64,000 nucleotides of DNA from Ruditapes philippinarum. Taxonomy: Eukaryota. This document shows positions 39,601 through 52,122 of this stretch, piece after piece (position 1 is the stretch's first letter; every line of letters starts with the position of its first letter). Under the pieces are notes generated by a model. That model was not told the origin of the DNA, ran no database searches, and worked only from the letters and a program-made list of their open reading frames with translations. The position numbers and the translations under genes are program-made. The DNA lies in assembly GCF_026571515.1 (NCBI RefSeq), contig NW_026866838.1, positions 434,001 to 498,000 of the forward strand, written 5' to 3'.

Positions 39601-42600
39601 GGCGTTAGACAAACTCTTAAGGTCCAGGTCATCAGCAATTTAGGCTTCCTCTTCCGACAGCGAGACAATTTGCCTCCTCAGTCAACTAGGCCATCAGACT
39701 GCCACCTCAGGCAGCCCGTCTCTTCTGCCATTTTACAGACACAATTGTACTAAACTATAAACAATGCCAATTTTGCAGTTTCATACAAATAGTAGACAAT
39801 TGTATAATTATCAATATGTACTCGCATAAGATCAGCAAAAAATCAAACGCAAAACAATATACATTTATTTACAAGATGAGTATTATCGCCGCCTAAATTG
39901 TAGCGCAGTTCCATATATAATAAATTCTTTCGCTTTCAAATTGAGTAGGCATATTTAATTAATATGATACAACAATAAAACTTGAGTTCAACATAAAATT
40001 ACATCTTGGGACATTTAACGGTAGTGTTGCGACATTTAACGGTAAGGGAAATTCGTGCGACATTTAACGTTAACATTGCGACATTTAACGTCAAATGTTT
40101 TTGCGACATTTAGCGGCGGTTGCGACATTTAGCGTCAATGGTGCGACATTTAGCGGCAAGTGCGACATTTAGCGGCGTTGCGACATATAACGGCGCCACA
40201 TACATTTTATACTGAATATTTGTAATTTATTGACACATGCGGAAAGTGACGATTAAAGCAGCACGCCTCCAGATTTATGCTAATTTTCATGAAAGTTTTG
40301 AAAATGTACTTGAATGTGTAATATTGTGAAATAACCAAAAGGAAGCAATTTAAACATTATCAATGGCACTTACAAACACGTAAATTACAAAAAAGTGGTC
40401 AAAATATGCATAAATAGTCTTTACTGCGTAAGTAACGCAGTAAAAATATAGTTGTAAATACTGAAAATTCAGACATTTTCCGCACATAATATGTAAAATA
40501 TTTCTTGAATCTTGAAACTTTTTACTTTTCCTTACATCATAGTACATTTTTCTCAAGTTTGATTTTATTGAAATATTTCGACTCATCTGGAGGCATGTAG
40601 CTTTAAGTGAAACTTTGTCTAGTCTCATAACAGATGACATGCCTTTATATGAAAACGACATCATTTCAGGGGCTTTACCTCGTGACGATGATGCTGCTGA
40701 ACCTTTTGGCGGGGTGACCTATATTTATGACAGCACTCAAATAATAGTGTGCGCTCCTCAACATGCCAATGGTGGTAATACATCATACGCTATTTATACA
40801 GGTAATTGATTGGAAAGGCGAATCTGTGTTGAAAAACTTAATACGTCATGTTGATAACTTATTTCTTAAGATCATTGTTCTTTAGGTTCATCTAACAAAA
40901 GAAAAAGAAAAATCTAAACTTGATAGTCCTGTGATAAATTGCAAAAGAGATTGTCTGAAAAATTAATTGACACAAAATGTGTTCAGTAATCGACTTAATT
41001 AACAATATTTCCCAGAGAATGGAGCTTTTTACGCCGGTGTGAACAACCAAAGTAGCTACAACGTAGAGGTACGAATCAGAGCTTGGAAAAAATCGTCACT
41101 ACCACCGGCAGACTTTGAAAGGACGGGCATTCATATGACAGCAGGGAATACATCTAATGGTAAACTCCCTTTTTATCCTGAATGTCTAAGCTGAACTTAT
41201 ACTGCTTCCTGACTTAATTTATCCATAATCAATATTTGGGATATCAAGGTGAATCCTTCATTGTATAGAACCTAGTCAACATAAAGGGAAAGACCAATCA
41301 CTGAATTGCATCCGAGTGAATACATTTATATTTTCTTAAAATCTAGCTGAGTCAACAACAACAACAACAACAACAACAACATAATGTATATATATCATTA
41401 AAACATAACATTTTTTAACCAAAGTTAACGATTAACTTTACGCAAAATATGTCATTAAACGGAATTATTAATAGATTTGCCAAGAGAAGCTAAAACTGTA
41501 CGTTATTTATAAAAGTGAATTTAACTAGAATCAAGCTAACATATATTCCAATTTAAACCACAATAAATTACTAAAACTACTTCTTCAGACATTTGAAAAA
41601 GAATATTTTGGATGAATTTAACTGTAGCTGTTTTCATTCATTATCTGTACATAGACATCAGTCTGTCTAACTATTTAAAAGCCGGCCTCCTTTAAAATCC
41701 ATTATTACTGAAGCTATCTGATATTTGATATTTTTTGGGATTTATGTACTATTTCAAGTAGATATAGATCATATTTTCAGATCATTTCCTCATCCACTTT
41801 TTGAATATAAAGTTTTATGCTTTTATAAAATTTATACTTATATACTTTTATATAATTTAACGCGTCGGACTAGTAATCTAAGGATTGCCAACCGCGCGGG
41901 TTCAAACCCTGTCAGGGGCAAGCCGTTGTTTCCTTGAGCAAGAAACTTTACATTCATTGCTTAGTACTGGTTAGTTCCAAGAACGGATTCGAGAGTGTTT
42001 CAATAAGCTTATAGCTTCCAACACAATCGAACTAAAATAAATTTGTTTAAACCAATGCTTTCATATTCTAAATAAAACGTATATATTTCAGTGTCAGATG
42101 TATATGTTGATGTGCAGCATGGGCTTAACGAGTATCCAGCGTTCATAATTGTAAGAATGAATCTTACTGACACCAGAGGGAAGTTGACCGCAATGTCGGA
42201 CGCTGTTGGTAAGAACTAAATAGAATACTTACATTTATATATCGTTGTCGGACTTTCGTCTTGTCGTCCTGTCACTAGCGACAACACGCCAAAGCGCCAA
42301 ACGGCGCGTTGTCGCTCTAACGCGGCACGCCAAACGGCGCGTTGTCGCGATGTCGCCCGGTCGCTTGGCTTATAAGCGCATCCTTCAATTTGGACAGAGC
42401 GACAATGTTACATCGCGACAACACGCCGTTTGCCATGCCGCGCTAGAGACAAGACGACAAGACGACAGCGCGACAACGCGCTGTTTATCCAGAAAGTGCC
42501 TTACGTTAATGTTAAAGCGATATAGAAGAACGAGAATATAAGGTGTAGGGAACACCCATCGATAGTTCCCAATGTTTTTACGAATATAAGAGACTCAGAC

Positions 42601-45600
42601 TAGGGTAGTTTCGTTTTGAAAGAACAACATTTTAGAATACTTGTATCAAACCTTTTTAAGTTGTTAAGGAGAACAATAGGTCCGATCAAATTTCATTTAA
42701 GTATTGAATGTGTATTTATATTATCTTGTTTGCAAACATATCGCGTTATAGTGATGTTCATAATATGTAACTGTTACGCAATACTTTATTAATTGCAACA
42801 GGGGCGAACTTTGTAGTGTATACAGCTGGACTTTACCGGCAAAATTATCATATAGTACATGGCGTTAGCAAAGAAAGAATACGGGTTTGGATAGACTCAC
42901 AGAATTGGGGTAAGAAATACTGTATTGAATGTTTTAAGAGTCGGATTGTCTCACATATTACGGTTAATAATATTGAACAGGTGTTTCTTATTGGTTGGGT
43001 TTGTTTACAGCATGTTGGTTAAAATAGTCATATTGTATTTATGGTTTGGTCGGGATTTGCTCAATTATTCACGATTCAGAATCAAGTCTTGGACACCATT
43101 GTACACATTATTTTGTTGATATTTATCGTTAATTTTAGTCTCATCAGCTTACATTTTACGTGTATTACACAAATACAGTATTCATGATACATTGGTCATT
43201 ATCATCGTAAGGTAGAATCATAATAGACCACAATCTTCTAAGTACTATGTCAAGACTTTAAAAGTATTAACTAAAACTAAATATTCCATGGTTACCCTGT
43301 CAGACACTTAACATGACATTACGATGGGTAACATATACGCATTTTTTTCATATATTTTGGTCAAATTTCGGAAGTTGATCCATCTAACAAGCTTTCCTGG
43401 TAAATTAATCAGTAATTACCAATTTAATCGCAAGTGACCGACTTCTCATCTCGAATGATTTCTGAATCAACAATGAGAGACAGATGACCTTGAAACTTAT
43501 GGAAAATTATGCCTCTCCGAGAATCGAACCAGCGGCCTCTTGATTACTTATCTGATGATCTCTCTTACTGACTCGCAATGTACAAAATGATACAATATAC
43601 AATATTAAATATGGCTCCAGCGATGAAATTATATGTTAACAGGTAAGAATGGAAGTTTTCCTCGAAGGGTTTGCAATCGAAATTGCTAATAGTTTTTGAA
43701 TGTAAGAAAACTTGTGAATGTGAAAAATATACAATAAGAAAATGTAAAATCATCCTTTAATTTTTAGCGTTCTTACATTTCAGTGTAATACTTTACTCAC
43801 ATTCACAATATACGAACGCTTTGCATGTTCCTCATTTATTTGTTATTTGATGGTTTGGTTTTGCTTTAAAGCGTACATATATGCGGGAGGTGATGGGTAC
43901 GCTGTTAACTTCGCAGCCAAAGAAGGAGATTTAGAGATGTACGCCTGGAAATCTACATCAATGAATGAGCAAGAATATTCACAAACCTCACTTTGTCCAG
44001 ACGATCCTAGCGAAACATTTGAGGTTCCTTACAGAAACATTGTTCAAAATCCATTAACACGTGCATGGGTAAAAAATGTAACATATTTATTAAACAAACA
44101 AATTCTTATTCATTCTGGAAAATTGCTGATTATATTAAAAAAGAGAGTTCCTTAACGTTACGAGGGCTGTTCGAAAAGAATTGCTTATTGTCCTCTATCT
44201 CGTGATTCATGTGGGACACGATAAAAACCAATACATACCTGTCTAGGGTAATTCAATACCTACAAAACGGTATATAAATGTACATGTTAGACTAAGTGTA
44301 AGACATACAATTTGTCATTTAAATACACGCAGTCATAGTAAAAATGGTTGGTAGAAGCGTCGACAATAAAGATGAAATACGGGGCTATCATGAAAGCTCG
44401 CTCAAAACTGGGTTGCTCTTCGAAGCAGTTGATGACTGAACTCTCTCCTGCTTATGGGCCTTCTTGTGTGTCTTATGACACAGTTAGGCCATGGAAAAGG
44501 AAATTTGAGTCTGGTGTAGAGTGCATCAAAAATGCACCAAAATCAGGTAGGCCAAAATCTGCATCTTGTAACGAAATTATTTCCAAAATAAAGGATATCA
44601 TTGAAGGAGATGCCAGATTTACAGTTCGTGATATTGCACGAAAGGTAGGCATATCACTATCAACGGTTGACTTTATTTTGCAGAAGCATTTGAAAGTCAG
44701 AACGGTTTCTGCAAGATGGGTGCCACATCTGTTGACCGATGAGCAAAAGAGGCAACGGGTTAAGGTGGCCATAAAGCTGATTTAAATGTTTCCAAAATAT
44801 GACAAAAAACAGTTTGCCAATATCGTCACAGGTGATGAAGCTTGGGTCCATTATTTTGAGCCCGTCAGAAAAGATTGCAACACAATTTGGGCCACAAAAC
44901 ACAACAAACGCCAAACGATCTTTGAGTGTAAAGAAGGTTTTGTATGCAATTTTCTTCTCTGGTGAAGGAGTTGCAAAAAAAACCCGGTGAAAAAGGGCAA
45001 AATATCACTGGGAAGTACTACAAAGATGTAGTACTTAAGAAACTGAAAAAGTATTATAAGTAACGACGCCCTGTCACCGGTTTTAAGCATATCCTTCTTT
45101 ACACGACAATTCCCCAGCTCATACCTCCGCAATAGTTTTGGCGTTTTGAAAAAAGAAAAAGTAACTGTTTTGCCTCACCCCCCCCCCCCCCCCGTATTCT
45201 CCAGACCTTGCCTCATGTGATTTCTTTTTGTTTCCGAAATTGAAAAATCCTACCTTGCTGGGCGGAAATACAAGTCCCGACAGGCACTTGGATCTGCTAT
45301 TCATCAGTACCTTATTACTGTGCCGAAATCAATATACCGTGACGCCTTCAAAAAGTGGATACATCGACTGAAACTTTACATTTCTAGCCACGGGGAGTAC
45401 TTCGAGGGCATGAAATGAACACTTTTAAGACAACTTGAAATTTGAAGTCTCCAGATAGAAATAAGCAATACATTTCGAACATCCCTCGTACATAGTAATA
45501 ACGTGTCTTTAGCAGAGGCAGAAATGTTATAAAGAATGGCCTGATTTATTGCAATGCAAATATGCATGTTACTTTTCTTATATTGTTTAGTCGGCTAGAT

Positions 45601-47337
45601 GTGTTTAAGACGGAAGAAAAAAAGCTAAATAGAGGAAAAAATATACAATATCCAAAACGCAGATATTCATATACTCCAAACTAAATGTTTCAGGCGCGAA
45701 GTAACACGGGTCCAAACGCTGGTTTCCTATTTCCAGGAAGTGGTGCAATGGCCTTCGGGAGGACTATTTCCGACAGTATCTGTAGTTATGGGGGTCTTGT
45801 ATATGCTTACAATTTTGTAAACATGCGTTTCTGGAGACCTACAAATGCGACAAATGGAGGGTTGATCTGCGTGTCAAATTTCTTTGGTAACGGAACGAAT
45901 TCTCAGCGGTCAGTCGATGCAGAAATCATAATGCGTTCCTGGGGAGTTAAATCCAAGAGTAAGTGGATTCTTATATTATTTGATATCACGATTATTTTTC
46001 TATTTTGTTTTTTGTTTGTTGTTGTTTTTGTTGCTGGTTTTTGTTGTTGTTTTTTTTTGTTTGTTTTTTTTGTTCTTTTTTTTTTTTTGGGGGGGGGGGG
46101 GGGGGGGTGGTGTTAATTTTATGACCTATTCGACATAATGTTGTGACATACTAGTACCACGACTTTACGCCATACTTAAATCTCTATAAAATTTCAAAAT
46201 GATGTCTGAAACTGTTTTATGAAAATTTGTTAAATAATTAAACTTCTTATCAAAATATTTTCAATCGGATTATGTTTGGCAATAACATGCATTTCTTTTA
46301 TAATATACCTGTACACATTTTGAAATTCTAGAAAATAAAATACAATATAAAGAAAACGGAATGGCATAGGTGACTAAATACTATTGCAATACTGTTAAAA
46401 ACATTATATTGTATTAAAACAAATACGAGGTGATATGTAATAAGAGGACCATTGTAACAGTGTTTTGATGTAGACGTTATTCAGCACCACGCATGCAGGG
46501 ACGACTAGGAAATTGTGCTTGGGTGCCTGAGCCCCTTGCACAGAGTGACGGCTTGAAATGCAGGGCTTTTGCTTGGCACCAACAGCCCTTTTCAGGGTTA
46601 CCTCTTTTTCATATTGATTCATGAAACTGTACATCCAGGCTCTCATTGGCCGCCATACAGTGACCTTCTTTTGGGTTAAAATCCATATATTTGCCTAATA
46701 ATCCTTGGAAAATTGTATGGAGGTAAATTATTACCACTTACAATTAACCCTTTAAGGGCATGACTAGTGAGTGACACGTACTCGACAGCGAAAGCTTGGG
46801 TTTTTTTTTTTAGATTATCTGATGGATCCTCATTAAACCATAGTATATGTACTTTAGATCACATAGTTTTTACTAGGAAGGATCGGATCGCACTTAGCTC
46901 TTTTACGGAATTTCATTGTAGCAAAATCGGGTAAAGTATAAGTATCCACTTATATCCTTGGTTCGGAGGTAAAATAAAACCTTAAAAACTTGACTTTAAA
47001 TACTTCATTTTAGTATCATATTTGAACAGATAAAGCGAAGTGTACATTATTATTGTAAATAAAGTATGTGTACTTATTTTGGTATATGGTTTAATACGTG
47101 AAAACACGAAGTTGTTCAAAGTTATACGGCCAATTGTTAGCTGGAATACCTTTACTACCTTACATGAATAAATTAATCTATTTTCTAAGCGGTTTTTGTA
47201 ATTTCTATTTTAAACATTGATATTACATAGTAGTTCTTTTAAAATTGCTCATATATAGATTCTTTTCAGGAAATAGCCACAGGTGGACAGTAGAAGTACC
47301 ACAAGACAAGTGTATCCGAACCAAACCAAAGAATTGA
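33632..47337 (+). CDS. Secreted protein (~419 aa) with three tandem copies of an uncharacterised ~130-aa beta-rich domain; 9 exons (33632-33671, 34043-34231, 40670-40801, 41016-41159, 42092-42208, 42802-42909, 43872-44068, 45694-45958, 47270-47337)
   Basis: All introns are GT-AG with matching phases and give an open 1260-nt CDS. The N-terminus MFAGWTVTWIITIGVAKA is signal-peptide-like. Repeated motifs: PDFES/ADFER, HGLNEVP/HGLNEYP, PNKGYIFQAIG/PNAGFLFPGSG, FGGVTYIY/YGGLVYAY, and IRAW/MYAW/MRSW. AATAAA at ~47617. The first and last exons are less certain. Confidence 0.85.
34512..36092 (+). mobile_element. PIF/Harbinger non-autonomous element with transposase N-terminal remnant
   Basis: TIRs (T)ACCCCGGTCACATATTCACGGA / TCCGTGAATATGTGACCGGGGCA, TTA TSD confirmed by the empty site in the host's right TIR, and many CCGTA/TACGG subterminal repeats. 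The segment at ~35480-35610 translates as RRQR*WLTRDGLLRRP...YEALMAELVEDPASFKKF, resembling Harbinger transposase N-termini. Confidence 0.85.
36163..36545 (+). mobile_element. Hairpin-headed non-autonomous element (CGAG-loop-CGAG family)
   Basis: Starts ATAGAGGATATT, apex CACGAGTGGTGCAGCCACGAGTG; a reverse-oriented relative is at ~47620-47780. Confidence 0.6.
36715..37400 (+). mobile_element. 5'-truncated non-LTR retrotransposon (CR1/L2-type) 3' end
   Basis: ORF2 C-terminus EYCSTVWNPY...LEMVQRRAARYV...LEWETLESRR...MFKI; after a frameshift YYKNSFFPRT..W..LP...SFKQ* (~37136); then a 3' UTR and a (GTAGAT) tail. Confidence 0.9.
41354..41381 (+). repeat. (AAC)n microsatellite
   Basis: Direct inspection. 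Confidence 0.9.
41861..42050 (+). mobile_element. tRNA-derived CORE-type SINE (5'-truncated)
   Basis: GGGTTCAAACCC B box, TTGTTTCCTTGAGCAAGAAACTTTAC core; homologous to 26469-26645. Confidence 0.75.
42243..42485. repeat. GC-rich inverted-repeat element fragment
   Basis: Inverted arms CGTTGTCG..TCGTCTTGTCGTC / GACGACAAGACGACAGCGCGACAACG with internal AAACGGCGCGTTGTCGC repeats. Confidence 0.55.
44161..45488 (+). mobile_element. Full-length but inactivated mariner (Tc1/mariner) transposon in intron 7
   Basis: TIRs CGAGGGCTGTTCGAAA...TTTCGAACATCCCTCG with TA TSDs. Transposase motifs SGRPK, ARWVPHLL, GDEAW, HDN and PYSPDLASCDFFLF are spread over several frames with stops and frameshifts. Confidence 0.95.
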
Positions 47338-47619
47338 AGACATACATGAGCTGTTGAATATTTATCACCTCACAAGTCATAGCAATGACTTGGCAACTTA
47401 TATATTTCATAATTACAAAAATGCCATGACTCTGTTAACCTAGAAAACTTGTGTTTACAATTTTTTGGCAATGTTTCTGTCCATAACTGAGTAAATGGGT
47501 AAATAATGCTACTGACAAGAATCGGAGCCGGGGGCATTTGTGTTTTCAAACACGTTCTTGTTTATTGTGTATTAGATTAAGATGTCTTTTTTAAACATTT
47601 CTTTTCATATAAAACAAAT

Positions 47620-47780
47620 AAATATTGCTTAGTTTAGTGTTAGATCGATATTTATTTCTCTTAGTGAACACCAAAAGTTCATATTGCACTCGTGGCTGCG
47701 CCACTCATGAAACATACCTTTTGGTGCTCACCTGGTGAAATCAAGTCCGATCTTACACTGATTAACAAATATCCCCTTTA
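47620..47780 (-). repeat. Hairpin element related to 36163-36270
   Basis: Apex ACTCGTGGCTGCGCCACTCA; ends CGATCTTACACTGA..ACAAATATCC (reverse complement of the 36163 start). Confidence 0.65.
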
Positions 47781-49049
47781 TTATAATATTTTTTAACTGT
47801 CCACGCCATTTGGCTATATTGTAGTTGATAAGTGTATTGTTTAACAAAAATGTACTGGGTGTCTTTTAAATCCTGTAAATTGTAGTCGGAATATTAATTA
47901 GATTTAGCCTGTTTAAAAGTTTGAATTCTATTCATTAGATTAACCAATACAGTTTGTTTTGTTAAGTTTTTACAAAACAAGTAAAAAAAACGACAGGGCA
48001 GTAAGAATTTTTCTTTGGCAAATATCTACTTGGTGATCCGAAACATTTAGGATATTTTTTATCATATCGTATCATATATTAGATTACTTATTATGTGATT
48101 TTGTTTTGTTTAAATCATAATTATTTGTTTTATTTTCTTGTTTGTTTTTACATGTAAATGTTTTCATCAATTAAAGGTGCTAAAAAAGAAAACATGCTTT
48201 TTAATCTTCTCTTACGTACATGTAATACATAGTATGCTTGTGTCTGGTCATATCGGGTAAACGCTTGGATGTGAAAGTAACTCTGGAATTGTACGAAAAG
48301 TAATGGAAATCTTTTTGCATCTTTACAAAGTTGCAAAAGTGTTTTATTTAAATGCTACTATATTTATTTATTTTTGTTTGTTTTTCTGGATTTTAAACGA
48401 TTTCAAAAAATATTTAGTCCACCTTATCATTTTTCCTGTAAATACTAACCAGTAATTATAATAATTTCTCCAGAAATGGCCGACTGATACATATCTAAAT
48501 AGGCAGTGAGAGACAAACACTATTAGACTCGATGTCCGAGATCAATTGCGACGAAAAAATTTTCACTTCACATCTAATAACAAGCCAAAAAATCTTACAA
48601 CAATCAACAACCCCTGCATTACGAATCCTTAATCTTAGCTGGTGGAAACATGTAGAAAAGTGGTCAAGGTTGTTCACTTTATCTCAAATGATTGTTGAGA
48701 TTAGAATAACGCCTCCCCTTCGCATAGTCAAGCTTATGAAAGTGTACAACTTTGTGATTATTATAATAGATTTTACACTGTTTTGAACTTGTTGTTACTA
48801 TGTTTTATATATATGTGAAAGTGATATGACATAAGAAATGGATAGACTCAAGGGTTTCAAATATTGCTATCTTATTCGGAAGACCCAAGTTGTCCTCCGA
48901 GGACCATTCAAAGAGAAAGAGCAGCTTGGTAGAACCACTGGTCTTCTGTAAGCCAGCTTCCAGAAGGAAGCTCAACCAATTATCAATGAAAGGCAAACCA
49001 TCTTAACCACTCAGTCAGACGCTCTGATTATTTTAACCATAGATACTCA

Positions 49050-49935
49050 AATCTGGTGCCATTTGTAATCTTACTTTTTTATCCCAGCAGTTACTTCCCT
49101 TTGACAATTTTGTGCCATTTGTAATGTTACTTTTGTCTTCAGCTGTTACTTCCCTTCGACAATCTGGTGCCATTTGTAATCTTACTTTTATCCCCGCAGT
49201 TAGCTCCCTTTGACAATCTTGTGCCATTTGTAATCTTACCTTAATCCCCAGCAGGTTCTTCCCTTTGACAATCTTGTGCCATTTGTAATCTTACTTTTAT
49301 CCCCAGCATTTACTTCCCTTTGACAGCCTGGTGCCGTTAGTAATCTTACTTTAATTCTCCTTTGACAATATTGTGCAATTTGTTATCTTACTTCTATCCT
49401 TAGCTGTTACTCCCCTTTGACAATCTTGTGCCATTTGTAATCTTACTTTTATCCCCAGCATTTACTTCCCTTTGACAGCCTGGTGCCGTTGGTAATCTTA
49501 ATTTAACCCCCGCAGTTTCTTCCCTTTGACAATATTGTGCCATTTTTAATCTTACTTTTATCTCCAGCAGTTACTTTCCTTTGATAATTTTGTACCATTT
49601 GTAATCTTACTTTTATCCTCAGCTGTTGCTTCCCTTTGACTATCTGATGCCATTTGTAATCTTACTTTTATGCCCCACAGTTACTTCCCTTTGACAATCT
49701 GGTGCCATTTGTAATCTTACTTTAAACCCTTTCAGTTTCTTCCCTTTGACAATCTTGTGCCATTTGTAATCTTACTTAAATCCCTTGCAGTTTCTTCCCT
49801 TTGACAATCCTGTGCCATTTGTAATCTTACTTTATCTCAAGCAGTTACTTCCCTTTGACAGTCTGGTGCCATTTGTAATCTTACTTTATCTCCAGCAGTT
49901 ACTTCCCTTTGACAATCTGGTGCCATTTGTAATCG
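49050..49935 (+). repeat. 55-bp tandem repeat, ~16 copies
   Basis: Unit GTGCCATTTGTAATCTTACTTTTATCCCCAGCAGTTACTTCCCTTTGACAATCTG. Confidence 0.95.
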
Positions 49936-52122
49936 TAAGAGTTGTTAATTCCTCAAAAATGTGACTTCCTTTTCAAATATAGACTTTAATATTTAGTAAA
50001 CATAACACAAACACTATATATAAAGATGGATCATTTTATTTATCAACAAAAGGGGCTGATCAGCAATATAACAATGCCATTAATGACTAAAACCTTTGGT
50101 CAATGTGACCCATTTCATCAAGTGTTTTGATGGTATTAAATAAGGCTATGCAAGTGATTTCAAATATTTCCAATTATAGTAATTTTCTGAAGTTGAAGCA
50201 TTTGCACTTATATTTCTTCCAGTCAGTTTTGTGAGTTTTATAAAAAATATATGATACCAGATTTTAGCAAGAACCATATACATGTATGGTTATTGATATT
50301 TAAAAAAATGCAAATAAACTAAAGAGAAACTTCATTTAAGTTGATTTAAAATCACTTTTGTTTAGCCCCTTTTAAACTACAGTATGAAATATACATTCAT
50401 ATTTTTATCAAAACAATTTATCGACTAACAACATTTTCAAATATGATCACAGGCTTGGCAAAATAAATAAATAAATAATAAAACTTTAACTAATGTTGAA
50501 TGTGGTCCATTCACTCACTCACTCATACACCCACAAATATGCCTAGATCAAAGCTTGGAAAGGATGAAAAGGGGTTGGGGCAAACTAAAATACAGTTTGA
50601 AAGAACATGTCTCTCAGTTAAAAAGGGAGACAACAATGTACATGAATTAATACTGAGAATTTTTTAACCTAAAAAATTAAGTGAATTTTTTAAACCTAAA
50701 AATCAAGTTTAAAACATGTAACAACAAACTGTTAGAGTGCCAATTTATCACACTGACAAATTTTCAGGACATTTTCTAAGTTTCCAAGTAAGAAGAACAT
50801 ACTAATGGAAAATGCAATTCAAGAATTGTAATATCTTGGCCTCTTGAATACTTTTATTTAAAATTTTAAATTAATATCTACACTAAATTTAAAGACAAAG
50901 AAATACTATCGCAATTGGACGTAACAAAGTGATTCCAAGACAGCCTTCCCTAACACTGAATGGTGAAGGTATAAAAATTCATGCTAAAAGCTACAAAATA
51001 CAACAATAATAAGTTAATCATAGGGCTATGTACAAATAAATTAAGAAAACAAAATTAGCCTAAAGTTTTTATACAACCTATTGTTTAAAAGTATCAACAT
51101 AATGTAGCAATATAACGTGTCCCCCTCGTGCAGTTACAGGTTAACTCCTTATATAATTTAATAGGTGTTAACCAGTTACTGCACTAAGGTGACAAAGTAT
51201 CTGACATGAATTGGAGTGGAAATTTCTGACAACATTAAATACATTTCAATTAACCAGATAGAAATTGAACATTTTAAAAAGACATTTTGCCATGTTTTCT
51301 CGTTAATTTGATTCTATATTTCAAAAATCTATTAAAACCTTACTTTAATCTTGTAATTTATAATTAATGATTTAAATTTACCATGTATTTTAGTCACTGA
51401 AAAACAAAGTAAATATATCAAACATTTGGTTACTTACAACTACCATTTCTTATTTCAGATTTTTTAGGTAAAAATGTTTTAAGATTTCTGTGTAAATCAT
51501 GTGGTGCCAAACTGACATAACAGAATAATGACATTCTATATTTAATGAAGACATCTGGCAAATCATGTGAAATTATCGTATAGTTATTACTTTGAAAATG
51601 TACCTGTACTGGTGAATAAATAACAGAGCATAATAAACATTTTTTGGCATTAAATAATCATGACATATTTATGGCCAAAGAAGCTATGAATTATAAAAAA
51701 GTAGAAATAAAACATGAAATAAAAATACCAAATATATTTCATCACAAGATATATAAATAATTTGGCAGCAGCTTGTCAAACACTGGTATTCTCAACCCGA
51801 AATCAGAATATCTCTGTAGGCGAAAGTAAGAATGCAACATTCAATCTTGAAGATCAACAATATGTCACACTCATTCCAAAATTATATTCATTTTATTAAA
51901 CTGAGAAGAGTTTAAAATTAAGTTTCTCTTTTAACATGTCACTACTGTATGTGCAAAAGGGGAGCTAAATCATTGAATGATTTCACTTAAGTATCGTAGC
52001 AGTTATATGCCCTTAAATTAACTGAATGACATTCATACTAACAGCATGGTTAAATGACCTTGGAATTACATATCCAAATAAGTCTAGGATAGGGAAATGT
52101 TTCATGCAAGCTTCATAATAAC

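Larger units (their letters stand above)
34354..40200. mobile_element. ~5.8-kb non-autonomous TIR element, TGT...ACA ends, 5-bp TSD TACAT (Ginger-like), hosting nested insertions
   Basis: TGTGGCGCCGTTATATGTCGC at 34354 is the reverse complement of 40180-40200. The ~220-bp TIRs consist of tandem AAATGTCGCA motifs, and TACAT is at 34349-34353 and 40201-40205. Confidence 0.85.

Noticed and set aside
49050-49935. CRISPR-like array
   Set aside because: Head-to-tail repeats with no unique spacers, no cas genes, and a eukaryotic context.
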